Positions 25,270 through 34,160 of a DNA stretch of 64,000 bases are shown here, piece by piece. Numbering within the stretch: position 1 is the first letter of the stretch; each line of letters begins with the position of its first letter. The translations under genes and the position numbers were made by a program. The notes beneath the pieces are model-generated. The model saw only the letters and a list, made by a program, of their open reading frames with translations. It searched no databases and was not told the origin of the DNA. Source of the DNA: Mantamonas sphyraenae STR306 (taxonomy: Eukaryota > Protista > CRuMs); NCBI GenBank assembly GCA_026936335.1, contig JAPMXV010000055.1, forward strand, positions 310,001-374,000. Direction: 5' to 3'.

Positions 25270-28200
25270 CTACGCACGCAAGTCCGCCGTGGAGTCGTGT
25301 CGCTTCCCGAGGCTCCCCATCTCCAGTGCCTCTCCACCGCCATCAGTCATGGCCGGGTCCACCACTCCGTTTCCTTGTTCTTTCTCATTGTCATCATCGC
25401 CACTGTCATCGCCCAATCCAGCCGACGTGCCTCTTCGCGAGACCATCGACATGCGACGCTTGATCTGGGTCGTCACCGACTCTGTCGCGTCCACCACGAC
25501 CTGTTCTTCCTCTTCTTTGGCGATGCGCAGCTGCTGTAGAAAGAGGGCGAGTTTGTGCTTGCCAACTGATGGCTGCATACCCAAGAACGCTGTCACACCC
25601 AGATGCTCCTGCTTGAGGAGCATCTGACGCACGTCCTGCAGAACTGTAGCCACCGAGTCGTTGTCTTGCGTCGACAACATTGCATTGATGGCGTCCAACA
25701 AAGCGAGTTTCTCCTTGTCTTCAAAGTGCGCGTCCAGCACGACACGCAACTCTTGGTGGAAGTTGGGCTTGATGAAGCCTGCCATCAGCTGCTGTGACAC
25801 ACGCATTGCCACGGCGTTGTTCTCGTCCACGCGATGTTTCAGCGACTCCAAGGCCTGTCTCACGTTGTCCAGCACCGCCAACGCAGCCACAATCAACACT
25901 GCGATCACAAAAACCGATGTCCCCGTGCCAAACACGCTCTGCAGCTTCGGGTCGTCACCCGTCTTGAACATCAACATGCCTGACATCAGCGTTAAGCCCA
26001 GAAGCGACATCATGAAAGCCTCAACCCTGTTCTGTACCGCTGTTCGGTACGGATTCAACGATGCTTGAATGACGGTAAACACTGCCAAACCAGCAACGCC
26101 GATCAGCCCCTGCAGCGTGGGCAGGAACGTCGCAAACAACCGCACCGCCACAATCATCACCTTGCGCAGCATCACCACCGCTTCAAACTGGTACCACTCG
26201 TCCCGGTACTTGCTGTACAGCGTCGAGAACCGCTCCGCAAACCGTGCCTCCAGACGCGCCCCGCGTGTTCCACCACGCACACGCATCACCGTCACAAACA
26301 GCACAGGGATGCCCACCACATACACAAGCAGAAACACGCTCGCCCACCCAACAAGCTCCACATGCTTCCCTCCAGCCACATAGCACACCATGTCCGGCTG
26401 CGCATCCAGCACTCGCGTCGTCGCATTCACTTCCGTGCAGTCAAACATCTGCAGCACCTGTGTACACAGCGTAATGTACAGCAGCGACAGCGACAGCATG
26501 ATCTCGTTCACCAGCAGTCGCCGCGTGCGGATGTTCACTGACGACGATTGCGTGAATGCCGTGCTGAACTGGTACCTCACGTGGTGCAGCAGCCCCTCCT
26601 CCACTCCAGGCTTCCTGCACAGCCTCGGAAACTGCGCCTCAAACTTGCTTCCAAACCGCCGCACCAGACCGTGATGCATCGCCTGCAAACCAAGCCGCAG
26701 CAGCATTCCCGCCCACAGCACCACTGGCAGACACATCGACACCCAAAACTTCGTCTCCACACCCCAGTCCAGTCCAGATTGGCAATCCGGCGCACCCACA
26801 CTCACGTCCAGGTTCAGCACGCCCAGCCCGTTCAACACGTTCTGTGTGCTTTCGGGCCACTGCAGCTGAAAGTCTGCAAACATCGCAAGCACCTGCAGGT
26901 TCGTAATCACAATCGACACCACTCCCGTCTGTCCACTCACCGCCATTGCTGCCAGCCGCTTGATCCCCATCAGCACCAGTACATACACCACCAGGGCAAT
27001 AAGCACCAGCTGCGTCGCAGATTCGCTTCCATTGTCGCACGGCGCACAGTCGTTCGACACTCGGTAGTAGCCTGTCGAGCACTGCGCACACAGCCTTCCT
27101 GTGTACCCCTGTGCACACGATGAATCCACACCGCCTGTGCACGCCTTGACGTTGGGGCAGCGTGTGAAGCGGAAGGACGAACCCGAGCCCGTGTTGAAGT
27201 AGCCTGCCAGCGCACGCGGTTTCTCCAGCAGGCCAAGGCACTGTGCGTTGGGCGGGCAGGGTGCGCACGCTTCGCCAGCTCGGCCGTTGGGCGCGTAGAA
27301 GGTCGGTTCACATTGACATTGCTCAATGTTCCGAAGCGACGCCACTGTGGCCGTCGTATTGTCGGGACAAGTCACGCTGACCCCAAGTGTGACCTGTGGC
27401 AGCGAAGAGGAGAAGTACAATCCCTGTGTGAGGGAAACTTCCACTACGTACGTACCGACTGGGAGAACGTCCGGGCCCTTGTCCACCGTGAGGGTGCTGC
27501 TATCCACGATGGTTGCTGGTAGCAGGGTTTGGGCAGCAGTCGAAAGTGAAAACACGGCGAGCATGCTGCCGGTGTTCACGAAGCCCGTCCCTCGGATGGT
27601 TAGCGTCAGGTTGTTCTGTGGTTGAACGACCACCGGTTGGATGGAGGTGACACGCGGTGGGTCGAACGCGACAAGGCGTGCACCCGTGTCCACGTACTGC
27701 TGCCCGTTCATCGCCACCCATGCCGACAGCGTCACAGGTCGTCCTTGGCTGCCTCCATACCCCGTACTCGTAAACGCAATCTCCCCCGAGCTCACCGCTT
27801 GCTCCACACTCAGTGGTCCGCTCGTCCACCCCCCTGACCCGCTTTCGCGCAGCTCCACACGTGTCTCGCCCCACAGCACAGCCGCCTTTGGCAGCACCCC
27901 CGTCAGACGCACTCGTGTTGTGCCCCCGCTCGCTCGCACTCCCCCAGGCACACTCCCATTCACTGCCACTGCCCCATAGTACTCCACAGCCGTGCTGCTC
28001 TCCACCCAGTCTCCCGCGCCAGCTCCTCCATTCACAGACACACGCACTCGTCCCTGTCCGCCACTGCTCCCCGATCCCCCATACCCGTTCGTACGCACCA
28101 CAATCTCACGCACATTCGCCACCCGCACAATCGTCATGTCCGTGTACCCGCCTCCTGCGTCACATTGCACACGCAGTCCCCGTACGCTACCCGCCACTCC

Positions 28201-31200
28201 AGGCACATCCACAAAGTTGTCTCCATGCACAGTCACCTCTGTTCCGCCCGCCAAAGGACTTCCCACAGGTGCGATGCTGCTCACACTCGGTCGCACAATC
28301 GCATACACAAGCCCTGTCCCCATGCTGTACGTCTGTCCGTTCTGGCTCAGCCTCACCACCGCTTGCGTCTTGCCTCCGTCCAGCAGTGGACTCACACACT
28401 CCACAATCCCGCTTCCGGGGCCCTCCACACCGCGTGCCACCACACTGCAGTTTCCACTCTCTTGCGCGTCGTACCTCACTCGCAACACAGGCTGCTCACT
28501 CCCGTCCAGCAGCTGCTCCACAAAGTACCGCACCACAGTCGCATACCCTGCCGGTCCTGCACTCACACTCATGTTCCGCACCACAAGCTCAGGATACACC
28601 ACAAACGTGTTTCCTGCCCCGCCCCCTGTCCCGTCCAACACATCCTCCCAGTCCTCTCCGTTCATGCTCATTCGCAGCCCTCCACGCGCAACCCCGCTCC
28701 CTCCGATCCCGCCAACCTGGAACGACACCACGTTGCCTGCCACGCTCCCATTCAGCACCCCACTGTTTGCTCCGTTGCCCACAATCTCCACCAGCACACG
28801 CGCCTCCGTCGACGCTGGCACACTTGCGTTCAGCCGCACTTCCACGCTGCTGCTCTGTTCCCGCGGTCCTCCAAACGGCGACACGCTCACGCCACTCAGC
28901 CGGCTGTGGTAAAAGTACTGAATGCCTGCCGTCGTGAACGTTGTCCCTCCGTTGATGCTCACTGCCACAGGCACAAACCCACCATTGGCACTTGTTGCCG
29001 CAGGTGTCTGCACCACCAGCTCTGTTTCACTGACCCATGTGTGCGCGGCCATCTGTGTGCCGATGCGCACCACCACCGAGCTCGAGTTGTCTGCCACTTG
29101 CAGCAGGTTGGCGCCGCGCACGGTGACGCTCGTGTTGCCACGCACAGGGCCCAGCCTTGGGGTCACTCCGGTCACACTCGGCTCTACCACACCCAAGGGC
29201 ACAGACGCCGTGCTGTACTGTTTGCCGCCGTTCAGAGACACACTGAGCACTGCCGTGCCGACTGGCAGATTGCCTGGTGAGATCAGTCGCAGATGTGTGC
29301 TGTTGACGACTGTAGCTGTGACTTCAACAAGGCCATTGAAACGCACCTTGGCTACAAGAGTGTCCGTGAAAGCAGAACCGACGACGTGAATAGATGTGGC
29401 CATGTTGGCGGGTATGGTGGCTGGCGAAACCGTCGACAGCGAAAAGTCGGCAAACACCGTGTAGCGCAGCTGAGGGATGATGGATGTGAACGACTCACCG
29501 TCGGATGTAAGCTGTACGTTGTACTGGCCAACGGCACTGGCTGGTGTGTTGCAGCGCACTGTTGTCGCGGTCTCTTTGCCTGCCACTGTGGTGACATTGA
29601 GTTCGGGAAAGTGGCATTTGATGTTGCCCTCGTCCAAGGCCTGGCCAACGACAACCAGCTGCGTTTGGCCTGTGGTTGGGCCAAACTGCGCCCCGCCCTG
29701 GAATCCAGATGCACTGAACACGACAAAGTCCATGCGCGCCGACAAATCCTGCCTGTTGAGCATCATGTGCAGGTCATACTTGCCGGGGCCAAAGCCGGCA
29801 GGAAGGATAAATGTCACCAGTTGGTCACCTGCGCGTGTTCCATCCACGTCCAACACCTCGCTTGCTTGAGCTTTGTTGACGAGGCGTACGAGCGGATGCA
29901 CTTGCGAAGCAGGATCGCAAAGGATGAACACACGATTCTCAAGAGGCAACAAGGAGATTGTCCTGTTTGCCTCCAGTTGCGGCACAAATCCCTTGTCCGC
30001 CGTTGGTGGGCGCACACCATGCGGTGCATAGTATCGAAACGATGGTGAATCTAACGGTTCCGCTGACTGACCGTTTCGTCGAACGAGAAGGTCGGACTGA
30101 AAGAACCCATCCGTGAGTGTCCCTGTATACGAGGGCATGACAAACTGATACGAAAAGTCCGGGAGAGTTGTCAGTGCCTGGAGGATGATTCCCTGCGTCC
30201 CAGCTAGTTGGACGTCGACTCGCGCTCCTGGCTGTTGAGGGAATGTGCGACCTGTGAAGTTGACCCGGACGGTACCACCAGCTATCGGGATGCAGGAGGG
30301 TGTAAAGGTTGCGTACAGGGTTCCATACGTGGACACGGTGCCCAGGCTGGTTGCAGGGGCGCCACCGATGCGTACGGCCATTTCCAAATCCAGCGGAGCC
30401 TTATTCAAGTAAAGCGCCGCGGGGGGATCAAGCACGAGCTTGGAATCATGGACAAACACATCAGGCTGAACCGTCATAGAGAAGCCTGAGCTGTTTGTGA
30501 ATGTAACCAGAAACTGTCCCGCCAGGTTTAACCCCTTGGGCAATTCCGCAAATGAGATGTGCACTCTTGTCGCAGATGAATGCATGGATGACAGCCGCAT
30601 CACATAGCGAGGGTTGACAAGGGTGACCGTTCCATTGAAGGACTCTACGACGGGCGTTTGGATGGCACCAAACACCTGCACCTGGCCACCGATGGTCACA
30701 GTCCAATTCAGCGAACGGTCGAGGACGGGCGAAGAGCAGTTGAGCCACATAAAGTTGCTCCATGAGCAGTTTGTGGCCGGGAAAGAGAGATTGTGGGCTT
30801 GGTTGGAGAAGTACGGCACGTCGGAGGGCTTGAGGTTGAAACCTTGAGCCTGGAAGGGCACAACCTTGCCCGTCTCCATGATAGTGGGTGTAACACTCTG
30901 CAGCACGGGCTTTGTGGCGTTGCACTCGGTGGCACCGAGATGGAATGCAGAGGTGGCGGGCGGGCATGGCGTGCACTGAGAGGTACCCGTTGTGTTTGAA
31001 AATGTGCCGGTTTGGCACAACTGGCACGCGCCTTCAGTTTCGTATGTGCCAGCCGGACACGGTACGCAGTAACCAGTCGCGTTGGCAATGTGCCCCGAAG
31101 GGCAGTCAATCACCCGCGCAATGGCGACCCTCACCGTGGTGCTGGTGATGCCCAAATCCGGGAATCCTTGGCCAGACATGCTCAGCAGGACCTCTGCGTG

Positions 31201-32514
31201 ATTGTACTCAGCGATGATTTCCGTGGGCGCCTGTATCTGAGCACCTCCGATTTGCAGGCGTCCAAGTTCAACCAGTGTGTCACCGTGAAGTTTCACGAGG
31301 CCAACATCCGTTGCGAGAGGGGGCTTGACAAACGTGGCTCCGTCGACGGCAAACGAAGCATACACGATGTTAAGCTTGGCGTTGTAGGCGATTGTGGTTC
31401 GGCTATTCACAGAGCAATTGACGTTGCCAAGGTAGTAGGGCGCGAGTCGGGTCCTGTTGTTCAAGTTGACCATCTCGACGACGGGGTTGTGCTCCCTGAT
31501 GGGGTTGTCCCGGTATACACCCATGCTGGCAATGGAAGAGTGCAGAGTGAAGGCGACGTAGGCAAGGCCGTCATCACGAGTCTCGAGGTGCAAGGAAGTC
31601 ATCGCTGCGTTTGTCATCGGAGGCGAATTGGTCCACTGCCAGTTGAGAGTTCCGTTGTAGTAGTAGCTCCAGAAGTTGGCACTTGTTGCGCCGTTGTTTG
31701 GGATCCACGGGAGCAAGAGGCTGTCGCGTGTGGCCACCAGGGTGAAATCGGCCTGTGCTGGCAGGTTGAACTGGAAGGTGAACAGGAGATTGCCCGAGTC
31801 CATGTCAAACTGAGCGATATAGTAGCCGCCTGTTGTAGTGGAGCCGGCAAGGGAGCTGCCTGCGTTTACGGTGCTTCCAACGACGGCAAGTGTGTTTGAG
31901 CCAGGTCTGACCGTGGCAATCTCATCCCCCGAGTCTGATGGATTGTGGTAGACAACACGACGCAGAATGGACCCTGTGGCAGCGTCGAACACAACAAAGA
32001 ACATGTCCTTGACCGAGTCGGAGTCGACGCCGCTCGAGTGGAGATTTCCTGCGTTGGTGTTTCCTCCGAGCACAACCTTGGAGGAGTCGTTGCTGTAGGC
32101 CACAAAGACTCTCTGTGGTGTGAGTAGTTCGTCTCCTGGGCGATTGGTGACAAATGCAAATTCCTGCCAAGCTGGTTGGAGCGCAGCAGAGAGTCGTGCA
32201 ATCGCGAGGGCGCTCCCGGTGAGCTCGTCGCCGTCGAACACAATTCTCTTGTTTGGCGGGATCTGGTCAGTCTTGAGTCCATAAAAGAGGGCCTGACCAT
32301 CAAATACGAGGTGAGCGTCGGTCGCGGCGCCCGTGGCGGTCACGCCTAGCTGACTGTTGAGAAGCCGAAACGCATGGGTCGGCGTCGCGAATAAGATCAG
32401 GCAGACAAGCAGCAGACCCGCTGTAGCCACTGCAGTCCTCTTTCCGAGGTGAAGCTGTGTGTGTGTAGATATACGCGACGTCCGCTGGGCCAGTTGCATT
32501 TCAATGCGCCCCAT
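25270..32514 (-). CDS. Giant (~2400 aa) surface receptor paralog 2: signal peptide, beta-rich N-terminal region, GCC2/GCC3-like Cys repeats, IPT/TIG repeats, Cys-rich linker, ~8-9 TM helices, cytoplasmic tail
   Basis: Single intact ORF. Likely start MGRIEMQ at 32514 precedes the signal peptide GLLLVCLILFATPTHA. CPAGTY...C..C.TGTFS repeats, repeated TIG signatures, C..GY.GRLCA.C..GYY linker, then a TM block. Confidence 0.88.
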   Translation of the reverse strand: MGRIEMQLAQRTSRISTHTQLHLGKRTAVATAGLLLVCLILFATPTHAFRLLNSQLGVTATGAATDAHLVFDGQALFYGLKTDQIPPNKRIVFDGDELTGSALAIARLSAALQPAWQEFAFVTNRPGDELLTPQRVFVAYSNDSSKVVLGGNTNAGNLHSSGVDSDSVKDMFFVVFDAATGSILRRVVYHNPSDSGDEIATVRPGSNTLAVVGSTVNAGSSLAGSTTTGGYYIAQFDMDSGNLLFTFQFNLPAQADFTLVATRDSLLLPWIPNNGATSANFWSYYYNGTLNWQWTNSPPMTNAAMTSLHLETRDDGLAYVAFTLHSSIASMGVYRDNPIREHNPVVEMVNLNNRTRLAPYYLGNVNCSVNSRTTIAYNAKLNIVYASFAVDGATFVKPPLATDVGLVKLHGDTLVELGRLQIGGAQIQAPTEIIAEYNHAEVLLSMSGQGFPDLGITSTTVRVAIARVIDCPSGHIANATGYCVPCPAGTYETEGACQLCQTGTFSNTTGTSQCTPCPPATSAFHLGATECNATKPVLQSVTPTIMETGKVVPFQAQGFNLKPSDVPYFSNQAHNLSFPATNCSWSNFMWLNCSSPVLDRSLNWTVTIGGQVQVFGAIQTPVVESFNGTVTLVNPRYVMRLSSMHSSATRVHISFAELPKGLNLAGQFLVTFTNSSGFSMTVQPDVFVHDSKLVLDPPAALYLNKAPLDLEMAVRIGGAPATSLGTVSTYGTLYATFTPSCIPIAGGTVRVNFTGRTFPQQPGARVDVQLAGTQGIILQALTTLPDFSYQFVMPSYTGTLTDGFFQSDLLVRRNGQSAEPLDSPSFRYYAPHGVRPPTADKGFVPQLEANRTISLLPLENRVFILCDPASQVHPLVRLVNKAQASEVLDVDGTRAGDQLVTFILPAGFGPGKYDLHMMLNRQDLSARMDFVVFSASGFQGGAQFGPTTGQTQLVVVGQALDEGNIKCHFPELNVTTVAGKETATTVRCNTPASAVGQYNVQLTSDGESFTSIIPQLRYTVFADFSLSTVSPATIPANMATSIHVVGSAFTDTLVAKVRFNGLVEVTATVVNSTHLRLISPGNLPVGTAVLSVSLNGGKQYSTASVPLGVVEPSVTGVTPRLGPVRGNTSVTVRGANLLQVADNSSSVVVRIGTQMAAHTWVSETELVVQTPAATSANGGFVPVAVSINGGTTFTTAGIQYFYHSRLSGVSVSPFGGPREQSSSVEVRLNASVPASTEARVLVEIVGNGANSGVLNGSVAGNVVSFQVGGIGGSGVARGGLRMSMNGEDWEDVLDGTGGGAGNTFVVYPELVVRNMSVSAGPAGYATVVRYFVEQLLDGSEQPVLRVRYDAQESGNCSVVARGVEGPGSGIVECVSPLLDGGKTQAVVRLSQNGQTYSMGTGLVYAIVRPSVSSIAPVGSPLAGGTEVTVHGDNFVDVPGVAGSVRGLRVQCDAGGGYTDMTIVRVANVREIVVRTNGYGGSGSSGGQGRVRVSVNGGAGAGDWVESSTAVEYYGAVAVNGSVPGGVRASGGTTRVRLTGVLPKAAVLWGETRVELRESGSGGWTSGPLSVEQAVSSGEIAFTSTGYGGSQGRPVTLSAWVAMNGQQYVDTGARLVAFDPPRVTSIQPVVVQPQNNLTLTIRGTGFVNTGSMLAVFSLSTAAQTLLPATIVDSSTLTVDKGPDVLPVGTYVVEVSLTQGLYFSSSLPQVTLGVSVTCPDNTTATVASLRNIEQCQCEPTFYAPNGRAGEACAPCPPNAQCLGLLEKPRALAGYFNTGSGSSFRFTRCPNVKACTGGVDSSCAQGYTGRLCAQCSTGYYRVSNDCAPCDNGSESATQLVLIALVVYVLVLMGIKRLAAMAVSGQTGVVSIVITNLQVLAMFADFQLQWPESTQNVLNGLGVLNLDVSVGAPDCQSGLDWGVETKFWVSMCLPVVLWAGMLLRLGLQAMHHGLVRRFGSKFEAQFPRLCRKPGVEEGLLHHVRYQFSTAFTQSSSVNIRTRRLLVNEIMLSLSLLYITLCTQVLQMFDCTEVNATTRVLDAQPDMVCYVAGGKHVELVGWASVFLLVYVVGIPVLFVTVMRVRGGTRGARLEARFAERFSTLYSKYRDEWYQFEAVVMLRKVMIVAVRLFATFLPTLQGLIGVAGLAVFTVIQASLNPYRTAVQNRVEAFMMSLLGLTLMSGMLMFKTGDDPKLQSVFGTGTSVFVIAVLIVAALAVLDNVRQALESLKHRVDENNAVAMRVSQQLMAGFIKPNFHQELRVVLDAHFEDKEKLALLDAINAMLSTQDNDSVATVLQDVRQMLLKQEHLGVTAFLGMQPSVGKHKLALFLQQLRIAKEEEEQVVVDATESVTTQIKRRMSMVSRRGTSAGLGDDSGDDDNEKEQGNGVVDPAMTDGGGEALEMGSLGKRHDSTADLRA
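26114..27300. repeat. Near-identical block A, copy 2
   Basis: Matches 18743-19929. Confidence 0.95.
27661..29241. repeat. Near-identical block B, copy 2
   Basis: Matches 20272-21851. Confidence 0.95.
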
Positions 32515-32532
32515 GGCGCAGCACAAGCCCAC

Positions 32533-34016
32533 ATGTTTGCTCCGTTCGCCGCGAGGCTTGTGCCGTGGGTGAACCTCGACTCGGTGGACGAGTGCAGCTG
32601 CGACTTTTGTGAGGAGGAGTCCAAGTGGGAGCCCCTGCACTCAAGTTCAGGTGCAGACGAAGTGGAAGCGCGGATGAGTCGCGTGCGAGGATGTGCAACC
32701 AACACTGCGACGGCGCGGGTGCATCGGGCGCGCTCGTTGTGGGAGGCCGCGGAGAGGCTGCAAGAGGTCGATACGGACGGTGCGCTGAACGAGACAGTGT
32801 ACAAGGGGCTGGGCAAGGCGGTTCTACTGCACCCAGAAGCTGTGGGAGGCCACAAGGCGTGGACGGAGGAACGCCAGGCAGCCATCACTTTTGCGCTGGT
32901 GGAAAGCGGCCAGAGCTCGGCGTCGTCAAGCAACAGCGAAGGCGAGACGTTGGTGTTTGGCAATGCATACCAGCACGTACTGTATGCATGCATGCGCTCC
33001 ATGGAGGTGATGCGGACGCTGTCGGAGATGCAGGTGCCATGGACGAGCGACGGAAACAGCGGCGTCGGCGGAAGCAGCAGCAGCAGCGGGGTGGTGGAAA
33101 TCGTGGAAGAGGAGACGAACGAAATCGACTGGAACTCACTGCCTGCGGGCGGGGAGAAGCGTGCGCTGATGATGGAATCGCTGAAGGAGGTGGCCCGGCA
33201 CCTTCAGGCGGCGTTTGTTGCGCGGCGAGGCGTGCGGCTGAACGCAACAGAGCTGGCCACCGTGCTGTGTCTGAGCGCAGAGACAAAGGCGCTGCTGGCA
33301 AAGGTGGATCCCAGCAAGCGCAGCGAAAAGGTGTGGGGAAGACACGTGGATGACGAATACGCACGTGCGGCGGACCTGGACCCGCAGCAGCCGCAGGCGC
33401 TGTTGCACGCAGCTCGCAGGGCCCGCGACGGCGACAAGTATGCCAAGGCGCAGCAATTGTACAAAGAGTACTGCAGTATCACGTCGATGGACGACCGCAT
33501 GTACGCAGAGGCGAGCGTGAGCGCAGGATGTGCTCTCGTCTGCGCAAAGGCTGCAAAACGGGGAAGCCTCACTGCGCTGCAGCTGACCAAGCAGGAGCAA
33601 CAAAGTGTGGATGACGCTTACTGGTCGTCTGTTGTGAGCGAAGAAGAGTTTGGCGCCGCCCTGTATGGCAACTTTCATCGTACGGATCGGCAGCTGCGGG
33701 ACATGCGCGCCTTTCTGAAGAAATATGTGAGTGAGGACAGCACAGGTGTGAGTAGCAGCGGCGGAGATTGGAAGGAAGGCGAGGAGAAGAATCAGGCGAG
33801 AGAAACGCCGACAAACTCAGCGTGAGCCGATGTGAAGCCTGCGGGAAAACACACGGGAACGGGACAACCCTTCGACGCTGTGGCCGCTGCCAGCTGGTCT
33901 TTTATTGCTCGGTGGACTGCCAACGCGCCTCGTGGAAGCAACACAAGAAGGAGTGTGTCAACACGGGTGTGCGCACACTCTTGGTGGCGGAGGATGGATC
34001 TGCAGTGAGGGAGTAG
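32533..34016 (+). CDS. TPR-like helical protein with C-terminal MYND zinc finger; junction at ~33730-33820 is either a short intron or a -1 frame break
   Basis: ORF 32449..33825 (first ATG 32533) has a TPR-like segment (YARAADLDPQQPQALL). ORF 33768..34016 has the MYND pattern CEACG...LRRCGRCQLVFYCSVDCQRASWKQHKKEC. Confidence 0.72.
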
Positions 34017-34160
34017 GTTGTCGATGGGTGTGCACAAAGCAGCCCACGCGCTGACTACAACAATAGGTTGTCGATGACATTGCACAGCTGTACTATTCTG
34101 TTTGCCCTCTGATCACCATCCATCCACCCATCCACGCTCAGCTGGATCTTCGCCGGCTGA

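Noticed and set aside
18743-29241. Direct repeats interpreted as LTRs or a transposon
   Set aside because: They are in-frame coding modules of paralogous receptors. No TG..CA ends, target-site duplication, or transposase/RT ORF were seen.
32512-32535. A fourth shared-CATG start for the receptor/MYND pair
   Set aside because: The two in-frame ATGs sit in different CATGs (32514 minus, 32533 plus), so they are close but not shared.
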